A DNA stretch of 64,000 bases from an uncultured Acidobacteriota bacterium (GTDB lineage Bacteria; Acidobacteriota; Thermoanaerobaculia; UBA5066; Gp7-AA6), in assembly GCA_963764715.1 (NCBI GenBank), contig CAVXTP010000013.1, forward strand, positions 96,001 through 160,000, written 5' to 3'. Both the position numbers and the translations under genes were made by a program. Positions within the stretch are counted from its first letter, which is position 1. Every line of letters starts with the position of its first letter. Below are positions 30,047 through 40,706 of the stretch, piece by piece. Below the pieces are notes generated by a model. That model searched no databases. It was given only the letters and a program-made list of their open reading frames with translations, and was not told the origin of the DNA.

Positions 30047-32266
30047 TTAGAACCCGAACGCCTTGACCAGGAACACCATCATCTGCCCCCGGGTGTTGGG
30101 ATTGGAGGGGCAGTACAAGAGCGGCACCGCCTGGCAGCCACCCGTCACGCCCTCCGCGTAGAGCCGTTCGATCCAGGGAGCGAACGGGTCGCCGACGGGA
30201 ACGTCCCCGAAGACCCCCGTCGCCGGCGGGGGCACGTACGCGCTCCCGTACCTGGTTTTGAGCAGGAACGCCGCCATCTGCCGGCGTGTGACCGGACTGT
30301 CGGGACAGTAGTTTCCGCCCCCGCAGCCCCCGGTGACGCCGAGCCCCGCGAGCTCCTCGATCCACGGGGCGTAGGGGCTCGACGCCGGGACGTCGGCGAA
30401 AACCGTTCCGGTGGCGGGCGGCGGCACGTGGTCCGCGCCGAGCTCGCTCCGCAGGAGCAGGACCGGCATCTGCTTGCGCGGGAGCGCGAGGTCGCGGCAG
30501 AAGTTGCCGAGGTGGCACCCCGCGGTGATCCCGGCGCGGAACAGCGTCTCGATGAACGGGTGGAACGGGTCCCCCTGCGGCACGTCGAGAAAGTCGGCGA
30601 ACCATCCCTTCGGAAGGGTCGACTCGCTCGTGTCCGGGTTCGTCACGACGACGTCGTTGAGCGTTCCCGGCGACAGCGGCGGAGTCGACGCCGTGACGAG
30701 CGCCGCGCTCGAGACCGAGACGCCGGTCGCCGGCACTCCGCCGATCGAAACCGCCGCGCCCGGCTGGAAGCCCGCGCCCGTGATCGCGACCCCGGTCCCT
30801 CCCGCCGCCGGACCGGAGGACGGAGCGATCGCCAGGTCCGCCGCCGCCCCGGCCTCGTAGGCCCCGAGGTCGGGCGAGGCGTCCCGCGGGCGGCCGAGGA
30901 TGTCGTCCGGAGGCATCGAAGCGGGATCGGCCTGGCCGACCGCCGGACTCCCGGCGCCGATCGAGCCGTAGGTGGCCACGAGGCGCTCGAACTCCTGCCG
31001 GATCGTGGCGCTGCCGCTCACAAACGCCGTCCCGTTCCAGCGCGGGAGCACGATGCCGGCCTGGCCCGGCAGCTGCGGGTCGGCGACCACGGCGTGCGCG
31101 TCGTCGACGAGCGGGCTCACGAGATCGCCCCCCGGGATCGCGGCGCCGCCGTTCCAGTAGAGGTTGCGGTCGAGGACAAGGCCCGTGACCTCGGCGGGCG
31201 TCCCGTCGGAGAACTCGTTGGTCCCGCCCGCGGCCTCCGCCCCCATCGTCCCGGTGGGGTCCGACCACACGTTGTTCCGGAAGGCCACGTTCTCGTTGAC
31301 GGGGTTGGAGCCTTCGCGGTTCACCCGGCAGGCGTACGCGAGCGAAGGCAGGTCGCCGACGACGGTGTTGGCGCGGAACGTGACGTCCCGTCCGCCCTTG
31401 ACGCCGAACGCGGCGCGCATGTCGTTGGCGGAGTTGCCGAGCATCAGGTTGTTCTCGACGAGGATCGACCGGCCCTCGAAGTAGGGCATCCCGTCCTCGC
31501 CGACGAGGGCGAAGTTGGAGCCGCTCGAGCCCTCCCAGTTCAGGAAGACGTTGCGCCGGACGGTGATGCGCTCGTCGCCGATCTGACCGTCGTCGCCGGC
31601 GTTGGAGTCCTTCATGACGATGAAGGAGCTCGTGTCGTTGGCGTTGGACCGCCCGCTGCCGGCGAAGTCGTTGAAGAAGATGTTGTCCTGCACGAGCACG
31701 TCGGTCACGCTGTTGATGTCGATGTGCTCGTCGGAGCCGGCCTGGTTGTAGAAGACGTTGTTCTCCACGGTCACGAAGCGGGCGCCGTTGTTGATCTTGA
31801 GCAGGTCGTTGTTCCAGGAGTCGTGGAACACGTTGTCCCGGATCGTGACGTTTTCGGCCCAGAGCCCTCCGGCCTGCTGCACCTGCATGACGAGGGCGCC
31901 GGCCCCCGCCCCCGTGTGGCGGAGCTCGAAGCCCTCGAGGACCACGTTCTTCGAACCGAAGAGCTTGACGACGGTGCCGGAGTACTGGAGGACCGCGCGG
32001 TAGCGGTTGGCGGCGCGGAAGGTCGTCGGGGTCTGGAAGCGCTCGTAGAGGCTGTTTGTCCCGGTGTAGACGCCGTCCTGGAAGTAGACGGTGCACGTGT
32101 CGTCGGGAACGGCGGCGGACGCGTGGTCGAGCGTCGCCCAGGGGGATCCGATCGTCCCCGGATTCACGTCGCTGCCGGCGGGCGAGGGCGCCACCCACCG
32201 CTCGCACGGCTGGGCGAGGGCGCCGGCCGCCGGGAGGAGCGCGAGCAGCACGGCGCGGCGAAGCAT
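30047..32266 (-). CDS. Secreted right-handed beta-helix (pectin lyase-like) + IPT/TIG + triple SLH protein
   Basis: Signal peptide; [23 protein letters not shown] repeats, PDLGAYE, 3x SLH ending KAFGF. Confidence 0.87.
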   Translation of the reverse strand: MLRRAVLLALLPAAGALAQPCERWVAPSPAGSDVNPGTIGSPWATLDHASAAVPDDTCTVYFQDGVYTGTNSLYERFQTPTTFRAANRYRAVLQYSGTVVKLFGSKNVVLEGFELRHTGAGAGALVMQVQQAGGLWAENVTIRDNVFHDSWNNDLLKINNGARFVTVENNVFYNQAGSDEHIDINSVTDVLVQDNIFFNDFAGSGRSNANDTSSFIVMKDSNAGDDGQIGDERITVRRNVFLNWEGSSGSNFALVGEDGMPYFEGRSILVENNLMLGNSANDMRAAFGVKGGRDVTFRANTVVGDLPSLAYACRVNREGSNPVNENVAFRNNVWSDPTGTMGAEAAGGTNEFSDGTPAEVTGLVLDRNLYWNGGAAIPGGDLVSPLVDDAHAVVADPQLPGQAGIVLPRWNGTAFVSGSATIRQEFERLVATYGSIGAGSPAVGQADPASMPPDDILGRPRDASPDLGAYEAGAAADLAIAPSSGPAAGGTGVAITGAGFQPGAAVSIGGVPATGVSVSSAALVTASTPPLSPGTLNDVVVTNPDTSESTLPKGWFADFLDVPQGDPFHPFIETLFRAGITAGCHLGNFCRDLALPRKQMPVLLLRSELGADHVPPPATGTVFADVPASSPYAPWIEELAGLGVTGGCGGGNYCPDSPVTRRQMAAFLLKTRYGSAYVPPPATGVFGDVPVGDPFAPWIERLYAEGVTGGCQAVPLLYCPSNPNTRGQMMVFLVKAFGF

Positions 32267-32333
32267 CGCGTCGATTCTCCGCCGGCCGGGCGCGGCGGGC
32301 CCGTGACCGCGCGCACAGTCCCCGGGGCGCGAG

Positions 32334-32474
32334 CTACTCGAGCCCGAACGTCTTCACCAGGAACACGGCCATCTGCGCGCGCGTCACGGAAGTCGCCGGG
32401 CAGTACATCAGGGGCGACGCCTGGCAGCCCCCGGTGACGCCGCGGTTGTAGAGGTCCTCGATCCAGGCGGCGGC
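32334..32474 (-). pseudogene. Orphan remnant of the last SLH repeat plus stop codon
   Basis: 141 bp with 9 mismatches (hand count) against 32560-32700; encodes AAAWIEDLYNRG...VKTFGLE* and has no start. Confidence 0.8.
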
Positions 32475-32504
32475 GAGCCGACCACCAGAGGCAGACCCCC
32501 GGCA

Positions 32505-32531
32505 GTAGGCAACGCCGTGCGAAGCACGGCG
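32505..32531. repeat. GTAG plus 8-bp hairpin with GAA loop (REP-like or terminator)
   Basis: GTAGGCAA-CGCCGTGC-GAA-GCACGGCG. Confidence 0.5.
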
Positions 32532-32559
32532 GTAACTGGAATGCTTCTCGAAGCGCCAG

Positions 32560-35500
32560 CTACTCGAGCCCGAACGCCTTCACCAGGAACACGGCCATCT
32601 GCCCGCGCGTAACCGGCGTCGCCGGACAGTACATCAGGGGCGACGCCTGGCAGCCCCCGGTGACGCCGCGGTTGTAGAGATCCTCGATCCAGGCGGCCGC
32701 AAACGCGTCGGCAGCCACGTCTCCGAATAGCGTTCCCGTCGGCGCCGGCGGCGCGTAGTCGAAGCCGAGCAGGGCCTTCAGCAGCACGACCGCCATCTGC
32801 GCACGCGTGACCGGCGCCGTCGGGCAGAAGTTCCCGCCGCCGCAGCCGGCGGTGATCTGGAGCGAGGCCGCCTCTTCGATCCACGGCGCGAACGGGTCCG
32901 TCGGGGGAACGTCGGCGAAGAGGCCCACCGCCTCCGGCGGAACGTGGTCCTCCCCGAGCTTGCTCTTGAGGACGAACACGACCATCTGGGCGCGCGTGTT
33001 GGAGGCGTCGGGGCAGAAATTGCCTCCGCCGCAGCCGGCCGTCACGCCGTTCGACGCGATCGTGTCGACGAAGTCGTGGAAGGGGTGCGCCGGAGGAACG
33101 TCCAGGAAATCGACCTGGACCCGGCGGGCCGAGGCGGGAGAGACGCAGCCCGCGTCGGTCTCGACGACCGCGAGCTTCATGGTCGTTCCCGGCACGCCGG
33201 CGTCGAACGTGATCGAGGCCGTGCCCTGTCCCGAGACGATCGAGCCCCCGACGAGCGTCCAATCATAGGTCGAGCCGTCGTGCGCGGGAACGGACGCCGA
33301 GAGGCCGGTCGCGCCGACTCCGGCCGAAGGAGGCGCCGTGATGGCCGGCGGCTCGACCGGAGGCCGGACCACGATCTCGGCCGAGCCCGTTCCGGCGGAG
33401 GAACAGTGGGCGTCGGTCACGGAGGCCACCGCGTAGACCGTCGTCGAATCCGGGTTGACCTTGCGGACGGCCGGCGAGGCGGGAGCATCCTGAGCGAAGC
33501 CGTCCGACCAGAGAAGCGCCCAGGGCCCCGCGCCCGTGAGCGCCACGGTCAGCTCCGTCGAGCCGCCGGAGCAGATGGTCGCCGAGCCCGCCACGGCGGC
33601 GGTCGGGAGCGGCCGGACGAGGACGGTCGTCGTCGCCGCCGCGGACTCGCAGCCATCGAGCGAGACGGTGACGGAATAGACCCCCGACGCCGCCTCCGTC
33701 GCGCCCGGGATCGACGGGTTCGGAAGGCTGGACGTGAACCCGTTCGGCCCGGTCCAGCCGTAGGTCGCGCCGGGAGCGCCGCTCGCCGAGAGCTGCAGCG
33801 CCTGGCCCGCGCACACGGGGCCGTTGTTCGATGCGGTCGGCGTCGGCGGCGTCGGGTTGACCGTGACCGTCACCGACGGCGCGTTGGTCGAGACGCAACC
33901 CTCGGCGCTCGTGACCGTGAGCGTGTAGACGGTGGTCGCCGAGGGCGCGGCCGTGGGCGTGCAGCTCGACGCGTTCGAGAGGCCGGTCGCCGGCGCCCAC
34001 TGGCAGGATGCTCCGCCCGATCCGGAGAGCGGAGCCGAGCCGCCGGGACAGATCGAGGCCGAGCCGGAGGCCGCCGCGGTCGGCTTCGGCCGGACCGTCA
34101 CGGTCACGGCCGGCGCGTTGTTCGAGACGCAGCCGCTGGCGTCGGTGACCGTGAGCGTGTAGGTCGTGGTGGCCGAAGGCGCCGCGCTCGGCGTGCAGCT
34201 CGACGAATTGGAAAGCCCGGTCGCCGGCGCCCAGGAGCACGAGACGCCACCCGAGCCTGTGAGCGGCGTCGAGCCCCCGGCGCAGATTTCGGCCGTCCCG
34301 CCGGCGACCGCCGTCGGCCGCGGGTTGACCGTGACGAGCGCGCCGCCCGTGCCGGCGCTCCCGGCGCAGTGCGCGTCCGAGACGGAAGTCACGACGTAGG
34401 TCGTCGTGGCCGAGGGACTGACCAGCCGCATGGCGGGCGAGACGGCGATTCCGTCCTGCGGGACGCCGTCGGACCACACCAGGCTCCACGGACCCGTCCC
34501 CGTCAGCGCGGCCTGGACCTGGACGGCGCCGCCGGCGCACACGAGGCCGCCGCCCGAGACGGCGGCCGTCGGCAGTGGATGGACGGTCGCGACCGTCGTC
34601 CCCGCGCCGGACACGCAGGAGGCGACGCTCACCGTCACGGAGTAGGTGCCGGCCGCGGCGAGCGTCACGCTGGAGATGGTCGGATTCTGGTCGGACGACG
34701 TAAAGCCGTTCGGACCGGTCCAGGAATAGGTCGCGCCCGCCACCGTCGCCGCCGTCAGCTGCAGCGTTCCGTCGACGCACACGGCGCCGCCGTTGCCGGC
34801 GGCCGGAGGCGCCGGCACCGCGTTGACGGTCGTCGACGCGGCGGAGGAGTCGTTGCCGGCGGAGGGATCGACGACGCCGGAGGAGACGGCCGCCGTGTTC
34901 GTCGCGGTGCCCGACGAGACGGGGGCGGCGATCGTGATGGTGACGGGCGGCGCCGCGCCGACCGCGAGCGAGGCGCGCGTGCACGTCACGGTGGCGGTGC
35001 CGCTGCAGGCCCAGCCGGCGCCCGAAGCCGACACGAGCGTCCCGCCGGCCGGCAGCGTGTCGGCGAGCGACACGGAGGCCGCCGTCGAGGGGCCGGCGTT
35101 CGAGACGTTGAGCGTGTAGGTCATCGGCTGTCCCCCGCAGATCGAAGCAGGCGCCCCGCTCTGCGACACCGCGAGGTCCGCGCGCGCGAAGACCCCCGTG
35201 CTCGTCGACGCCGAATTGTTGGCGGCCGCCGCGTCGGCCGTCGCCGACGTCACGGAGGCCGTGGCGCCGATTGAGCCGGCCTCCGCCGGCGCCGTCGCGA
35301 CGATGCTGATCGGGGCCGCCGCGCCGATTCCGAGCGACGCCAGCGTGCAGGTGACGGGTCCCGTTCCCGAGCAGGACCAGCCCGTCCCGCCGGCGGAGAC
35401 GAAGGACGAGCCCGCGGGAAGCGTGACGCCGACGGAGAGCGAGCTCGCCTGCGAGGGCCCCGCGTTGGCCACGCCCACGGTGTACGTCAGGTTCGCCGCG

Positions 35501-37791
35501 GCGCCCACGGGGTCCGGCGCCGCGCCGAGGCTGATCGAGAGGTCGGCGTGCCGAACGTAGGTCGCGGTGAACGTCGCCGCCCCCGCCGCCGTGATCGAGT
35601 GCTGCTCGGCGCCGGCGTCCGACCAGGAGGCGAAGTCCCAGACGTCGGGGAAGGCGCCCTGCGGCGCCAGCGCGTCGACGCCGTTCGTCGAGTTCCGGAT
35701 GACCGTGCGCGTGAAGGGGGCGGTCCCGGTGAAGGTCCCGAAGGAGAGCTGCCGGCCGGCCGGCACGGTCTGGAAGCTCAGGTCGACCGTCTGCGGCTGG
35801 ATGCTCACGCTCGTCTGGTGCGTGAGATTCCCGGCGTCCGTCGCGGTCAGCCGGATCTCGAGATACGCCGGGTACTCGTGGTCGGGAGCGGGGAACGAGC
35901 CCGAGGCGACGCCGTCGAAGGTCTGATAGACGTGGGAGTGGCAGTTCGAGGGGCAGTGCTGGATCAGCACCGTCCAGGAGAGAGCGCTCGCGGGAAGGGT
36001 GCCCTGCTGCGGATCGGTGGCGTGCCCGGAGAAGGAGATGGTGTCGTTGACCTGCCAGGTCAGCGAGGCGAGCGGCGTGTCGATGAAGGCGGTCGGCGCC
36101 GTGTTGCCGGCGCTGACCGTCAGAGGGCTCGACACGTTCGACGCGCCGTGGTTGTCGGTGACCTTCAGCCGCACGGTGTAGTTGCCGGGATCGGTGTAGA
36201 CGAAGCTCGGGCTCGCGAGGGTCGAGTCGTCGAACTCGCCGTCGCCGTCGAGGTCCCAGGCATAGGTGATCGTGTCGCCCGCCTGCGCGGGGGCGGAGCC
36301 GGCGCTGGAGAAGTCGACCGTCAGGGGCGCGACGCCCGAGAGCGGGCTTCCGGACGCGGCCGCGACCGGGCCGTATTCGACGCGGATGATGCGGCCGCCG
36401 TCGAAGTCGGCGTAGTAGAGATTTCCGTCGGGCCCGATCTGGAGGTCCACGGGCCCCTGCGCCGTGGCGGCGAACGCCGCGCGGTTGGCCGGATCGGGAT
36501 CGCCCCCGGATCCGGGGAACATCACCCAGAGGCACTTGCGGGAGTAGTCCGAGAAGAAGAGCGCGCCGTCGTAGCCCGCCGGATAGTTGCTGCCGCCCTG
36601 GTAGAAGGCCATGCCGGCGACCGAGGAGCTCCCGGTCGTGCAGCCGTCGCCCGCCACGACCGAGGCGCTGTGGTTGTAGGTGTAGAAGGGCGCCGTCGTC
36701 TGGCCGATGGACGACGGGCAGATGGTGAGGCCGGTGTACTGCGTTGCGTTGCCCTCGTAGCACGGCCAGCCGAAGTTGCGGACGGCGGAGACGTCCGGAA
36801 GGCGGTTGATCTCCTCCCACGTGTTCCAGCCGACGTCGGCGATCCAGACGTCGCTCGTTCCGGGCTTGACGATCATGCGGAAGGGATTGCGCAGGCCGTA
36901 GCCGACGATCCGCCGCTCGTTGAGGTCGGAGGAGGAGGCGAGCGGGTTGTCCGGAGCCGCCAGGCCGGTCGCGGGATCGACCCGCAGGAGCGCGCCGTTG
37001 AGGACGCGCGGCTCGCCCGCCGTGCGGCGGGGGCTCTGGCTGCGGAGAGCGCCGCCTTCGGCCGTGGGCTTGGTCTGCGCCGTCCCGAGCGGGAAGGGCG
37101 GGTCGCCGCAGGGATTGGCGGGCGTCGGGCTGCCCGCGCTGCCGCCGAGCTGCCCCCAGTCGGAGGTGTTGAAGCTCGCGCCGTCGCCGCCGGTCACGTA
37201 GAGGTAGCCGTCCGCGCCGAACGCGAGCGACCCCGTCGAGTGACTCGGATACTGCTGGCACCAGTCCTCGATCAGCACCTGCTCGCTCGCCGTCCAGCTC
37301 GCTCCGGTCGCCGTGAGGCGCGAAAGGTGGCCGCTGATCACGCAGCCGTCGCCGGTCGCACCCGGGGGCGTGGGGCAGGGGTCGGAGGTGGCTCCCGGCG
37401 TTCCCCAGCGCGGCGCGGTGCCGCCGATGGACGCATCGTGCGCATACAGGACGTAGATGAAGTTGTTCGTCGCGAAGTTCGGGTCGACCGCGAGGCCGAG
37501 GAGGCCGCGGTCCCAGAAGTTGTGGACCTTCGTCCGCAGGTCGGCGACGACCGTCGGCGAGGGGTCGGTCAGGCTGTCGAAGAGCTTGATGAGCCCGCTC
37601 TTCTCCGCGACGACGACGCGGCCGTCCGGAAGGAACCGCACGACGGCGGGGTTCGTGAGGCCGCTGAAGACGACGGTCTCGTGAAAGGACGGCTGCTTGT
37701 AGGACGTCGCCGCGCGGGCGGCCGGAGCGCCGGCGAGCAGTGCGACGGCGAGGCCGACTCGGGCCGCGCGCCCTACGCATGTGGAAACCAA
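32560..37791 (-). CDS. Large secreted PQQ-dependent sugar dehydrogenase-like (GSDH) + PKD + DUF11 + Ig-like repeats + triple SLH protein
   Basis: DRGLLGLAVDPNF, LAFGADGYLYVTGGDG, GLRNPFR, DVGWNTWEEIN, NFGWPCYEG; PKD YAWDLDGDG; ADLSI..N.GPS; SLH tail KAFGLE; TTG start uncertain. Confidence 0.88.
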   Translation of the reverse strand: MVSTCVGRAARVGLAVALLAGAPAARAATSYKQPSFHETVVFSGLTNPAVVRFLPDGRVVVAEKSGLIKLFDSLTDPSPTVVADLRTKVHNFWDRGLLGLAVDPNFATNNFIYVLYAHDASIGGTAPRWGTPGATSDPCPTPPGATGDGCVISGHLSRLTATGASWTASEQVLIEDWCQQYPSHSTGSLAFGADGYLYVTGGDGASFNTSDWGQLGGSAGSPTPANPCGDPPFPLGTAQTKPTAEGGALRSQSPRRTAGEPRVLNGALLRVDPATGLAAPDNPLASSSDLNERRIVGYGLRNPFRMIVKPGTSDVWIADVGWNTWEEINRLPDVSAVRNFGWPCYEGNATQYTGLTICPSSIGQTTAPFYTYNHSASVVAGDGCTTGSSSVAGMAFYQGGSNYPAGYDGALFFSDYSRKCLWVMFPGSGGDPDPANRAAFAATAQGPVDLQIGPDGNLYYADFDGGRIIRVEYGPVAAASGSPLSGVAPLTVDFSSAGSAPAQAGDTITYAWDLDGDGEFDDSTLASPSFVYTDPGNYTVRLKVTDNHGASNVSSPLTVSAGNTAPTAFIDTPLASLTWQVNDTISFSGHATDPQQGTLPASALSWTVLIQHCPSNCHSHVYQTFDGVASGSFPAPDHEYPAYLEIRLTATDAGNLTHQTSVSIQPQTVDLSFQTVPAGRQLSFGTFTGTAPFTRTVIRNSTNGVDALAPQGAFPDVWDFASWSDAGAEQHSITAAGAATFTATYVRHADLSISLGAAPDPVGAAANLTYTVGVANAGPSQASSLSVGVTLPAGSSFVSAGGTGWSCSGTGPVTCTLASLGIGAAAPISIVATAPAEAGSIGATASVTSATADAAAANNSASTSTGVFARADLAVSQSGAPASICGGQPMTYTLNVSNAGPSTAASVSLADTLPAGGTLVSASGAGWACSGTATVTCTRASLAVGAAPPVTITIAAPVSSGTATNTAAVSSGVVDPSAGNDSSAASTTVNAVPAPPAAGNGGAVCVDGTLQLTAATVAGATYSWTGPNGFTSSDQNPTISSVTLAAAGTYSVTVSVASCVSGAGTTVATVHPLPTAAVSGGGLVCAGGAVQVQAALTGTGPWSLVWSDGVPQDGIAVSPAMRLVSPSATTTYVVTSVSDAHCAGSAGTGGALVTVNPRPTAVAGGTAEICAGGSTPLTGSGGVSCSWAPATGLSNSSSCTPSAAPSATTTYTLTVTDASGCVSNNAPAVTVTVRPKPTAAASGSASICPGGSAPLSGSGGASCQWAPATGLSNASSCTPTAAPSATTVYTLTVTSAEGCVSTNAPSVTVTVNPTPPTPTASNNGPVCAGQALQLSASGAPGATYGWTGPNGFTSSLPNPSIPGATEAASGVYSVTVSLDGCESAAATTTVLVRPLPTAAVAGSATICSGGSTELTVALTGAGPWALLWSDGFAQDAPASPAVRKVNPDSTTVYAVASVTDAHCSSAGTGSAEIVVRPPVEPPAITAPPSAGVGATGLSASVPAHDGSTYDWTLVGGSIVSGQGTASITFDAGVPGTTMKLAVVETDAGCVSPASARRVQVDFLDVPPAHPFHDFVDTIASNGVTAGCGGGNFCPDASNTRAQMVVFVLKSKLGEDHVPPEAVGLFADVPPTDPFAPWIEEAASLQITAGCGGGNFCPTAPVTRAQMAVVLLKALLGFDYAPPAPTGTLFGDVAADAFAAAWIEDLYNRGVTGGCQASPLMYCPATPVTRGQMAVFLVKAFGLE

Positions 37792-37898
37792 GCTCGCCCC
37801 CTTGCCGGCAGCTCAGCCCGGAAATTCGGTGGATTTGAAGGCGAAAGTATCGCGCCGACCTGACCTTCGGGTCAAGGAGAACCTGTCCTCGAGGCCAG

Positions 37899-37914
37899 TG
37901 TGAGGTTCGTCACA
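37899..37914. promoter_or_regulatory. CRP/FNR-family box TGTGA-N6-TCACA
   Basis: Exact consensus TGTGAggttcgTCACA upstream of a possible minus-strand TTGACC-N18-GATACT promoter (37875-37846). Confidence 0.6.
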
Positions 37915-37930
37915 TCGGAGTCGAAGGCGT

Positions 37931-37948
37931 GCCGGGCTTTCGCCCGGC
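37931..37948 (-). terminator. Hairpin after the S8 peptidase gene
   Basis: GCCGGGC-GAAA-GCCCGGC on the minus strand; no U-tract. Confidence 0.45.
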
Positions 37949-37955
37949 GGTCACG

Positions 37956-40583
37956 TCACTGCAGCTGGAACGTCTTGGTCAGGAACACCGCCATCTGCCC
38001 GCGCGTGTTGGCGTTGCCGGGACAGTAGAGGAGCGGCGACGCGCTGCAGCCTCCGGTGACCGAGCGCTGATAGATCTCCTCGATCCAGTCCGCGCCAAAC
38101 GCGCCCGGCGGCACGTCGCCGAAGACTCCCGTCGCGGGTGGCGGAACGTAGGACGAGCCCTCTTTGGTCTTGAGCAGGAACACCGCCATCTGCGCGCGCG
38201 TCACGGCGCCGTCGGGACAGTAGTTGCCGCCGCCACAGCCCCCCGTGACGCCGAGCGAGGCCAGCTCCTCGATCCAGCCGGCGGCGAACGAGTCCGCGGC
38301 GACGTCGGAAAAGACCGCGCCGGTCGCGTCGGGCGGCACATGCGCGGACCCGTACTTGCTCTTCAGAAGGAAGACCGCCATCTGCGCGCGCGTGACGGGT
38401 CCGTCCGGACAGTAGATGCCGGCGCCGCAGCCACCCGTGATGCCGTTGCGCGCGACCGTGTTGATGGCATCGTGAAAGAGGTTCGAGGGAGGAACATCCG
38501 TGAAGTCGACGGAGATCGACACGGGTGTGGACGCGACTTCGCAGGCACCGAGCGAGTCCAGGAGCTCGAGACGCATCGTGGTTCCGGGATCTCCCGATTG
38601 GAACGTGACCGTGCTCGTTCCCTGGCCGCCCGTGACGGCGCCCCCATCCAGCGTCCACTGGTTGGCGTGTCCGGCTCCCGAGTCGGACGAGGCCGTGAGA
38701 CCGCCGGTCGCGGGAGGCACCGAGACCGGGGCCGTGATCGTCGGTGCGGCGTACGGGCAGGTCACGACCGCCGTCGTCTCGGTCGAGGAGTCGTTGGCCA
38801 GGACGGGATCGGGCGACGTGGCCGAGACGGTGGCCGCGCTCGTGAGGGTTCCGATCGACGTCGGATTGACGGTCACGAGGACCGACGTCGTCGATCCGGC
38901 CGGCAGCGGCCCGAGATCGCAGGTCACGGCGTGGGCGAGGAGGGTGCAGGAGCCCTGGTTCGGGACGGCCGAGAGGATCGTCGCCGCGAGCGAAAGGGTG
39001 TCGTCGAGGTGAACGCCGGAGGCCGACGCGGGGCCCAGATTCTCGACGGTGAGCTTGTAGGCGACCGGGATGCCGACGAGCGCCGGCTCGGGCGAGTCCG
39101 ACTGCGTCAGCGCCAGGTCGGCGGACGAAGCCTCGACGGCGGCGAGCGCGTCCACGCGGCCCCATCCGTAGGTGTTGTTGGGGACATCGCCGCCGGGCAC
39201 GCCGCCACAGGTCTGCGCGCTCGTGCGCGGGACCGCCGCCGAGGTGACGATCGCTTCGATCGCATCCGGGTCCCCGACCAGGGTGGGATTCGCCGACAGC
39301 AGCAGCGCGACGAGCCCCGCGACGTGCGGTCCGGCCATGCTCGTCCCGTCGAGGAGCGCATACCCGCCGCCCGGCACGCTCGAGCGGACGCCGACCCCGG
39401 GCGCGCTGACGTCGGGTTTCATGCGGCCGCTGCCGTCGATCGTGACGGGCCCGCGGCTCGAGAAACCCGCGATCGTGTCCGAGGGCGAGCTGCTCGTCGC
39501 CCCGACCGAGAACGCCGCATCGTAGATCGCCGGAGGGTCGGAGACGGTCGAGCAGTCGCTGCCGCTGTTGCCGGCCGACACCACGACCTCGATGCCGGCG
39601 GCGCGCGTGTTCTCGACGACGGTCTGGAGCACGGTCGGGTCGGTGCACCCTTCCTCCGGGGGGCAGCCCCAGGAGTTGTTGATCACGTGCGGCGCCTTCG
39701 CCGGATTCGGGTTCGCGTTCTGGAGATCCGTCGGGGCGATGAACCACTCGAAGCACTCGCTGTAGCTCGCCGGCGTGCCCGCGCCCTGGTCCATGTTGCG
39801 GCAGCCGATCCACTTCGCTCCCGGCGCGACGCCGATCTGGTTCGATCCTCCGTCGTCCCCGACCATGGTTCCCATGGTGTGCGTGCCGTGGAAGTGGTCG
39901 TCGCACGGGACGGCGGAGTCCGCGCCGCAGACGCCGCCTCCCGAGTGGATGGCGTCGTGCCAGTTGTAGTTGTGGTTCGCGATCAGGCCCGTCCAGCCGC
40001 GGTACCTCGCTTTGAGCGCCGGATGATTCCACTGGTAGCCCGTGTCCTGCCCCCCGACGACGATTCCCTGGCCGGTATGGCCGAGGGCCCAGACCTCGGG
40101 CGCGTGGACCCGGGCTACTCCCCACTCGATCGCCTCGGGGGCGTCGGGTCCGGCGTCCCTGCGTGCGACCGGTCCGTCGAAATGGACGCTCGGGTTGGCG
40201 TACAGGTGGTAGACGTCTTCGCGCGCCGCGATCTCCTCGACGAGGGCCCGGTCACCGCGGACCAGGATCATGTTGGCGATCCAGAAGACGCGGTGCGGAA
40301 CGCGACGCTGCTCCAGAAATCGCCGGAGGGGAGCCTGCGTCGCCTCGGCGTGGGCGCGGAGGGTGTCCGCGACGAAGGCGCCCTTCTCCGCCCGGACGGC
40401 GAGCGACCGTGCGCCCCGCAGGTCCGCCTGGTCCCGGAGCATGACGAGAAACTCGGCCTCGCCGCCCGACGCGTTCTCGAGAACCCACGGGTCGATTTTC
40501 TGGGACAGCGTCTCCGCGCGTCCCGGAGTCCCCGGGACGGATGCGAGGGCGAGCGTGCAGACCAGGATCAATCGGAAGCGCAT
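37956..40583 (-). CDS. Secreted S8 subtilase (bacillopeptidase F-like) + DUF11 + triple SLH
   Basis: Catalytic triad QDTG, HGTHTMGT, GTSMAGPHVAG; SAGNSG; SLH tail KTFQLQ. Confidence 0.92.
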   Translation of the reverse strand: MRFRLILVCTLALASVPGTPGRAETLSQKIDPWVLENASGGEAEFLVMLRDQADLRGARSLAVRAEKGAFVADTLRAHAEATQAPLRRFLEQRRVPHRVFWIANMILVRGDRALVEEIAAREDVYHLYANPSVHFDGPVARRDAGPDAPEAIEWGVARVHAPEVWALGHTGQGIVVGGQDTGYQWNHPALKARYRGWTGLIANHNYNWHDAIHSGGGVCGADSAVPCDDHFHGTHTMGTMVGDDGGSNQIGVAPGAKWIGCRNMDQGAGTPASYSECFEWFIAPTDLQNANPNPAKAPHVINNSWGCPPEEGCTDPTVLQTVVENTRAAGIEVVVSAGNSGSDCSTVSDPPAIYDAAFSVGATSSSPSDTIAGFSSRGPVTIDGSGRMKPDVSAPGVGVRSSVPGGGYALLDGTSMAGPHVAGLVALLLSANPTLVGDPDAIEAIVTSAAVPRTSAQTCGGVPGGDVPNNTYGWGRVDALAAVEASSADLALTQSDSPEPALVGIPVAYKLTVENLGPASASGVHLDDTLSLAATILSAVPNQGSCTLLAHAVTCDLGPLPAGSTTSVLVTVNPTSIGTLTSAATVSATSPDPVLANDSSTETTAVVTCPYAAPTITAPVSVPPATGGLTASSDSGAGHANQWTLDGGAVTGGQGTSTVTFQSGDPGTTMRLELLDSLGACEVASTPVSISVDFTDVPPSNLFHDAINTVARNGITGGCGAGIYCPDGPVTRAQMAVFLLKSKYGSAHVPPDATGAVFSDVAADSFAAGWIEELASLGVTGGCGGGNYCPDGAVTRAQMAVFLLKTKEGSSYVPPPATGVFGDVPPGAFGADWIEEIYQRSVTGGCSASPLLYCPGNANTRGQMAVFLTKTFQLQ

Positions 40584-40706
40584 GGATGGGCCTCTCCTTG
40601 GCTCGGGATCGGCGGATTATGCCCGATCGGCGAGCTCTCGCAACCCGGAGAACAACCGCCCGAGCGCGCCCTCACACCGAGGCGCCGGTGCGAGCCCCGC
40701 CCGCCG

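Noticed and set aside
32334-32700. Diversity-generating retroelement (VR + GAA hairpin + TR-like copy)
   Set aside because: Only 1 of 9 mismatches is at an adenine of the putative template, 5 of 9 are synonymous, and there is no reverse transcriptase in the window
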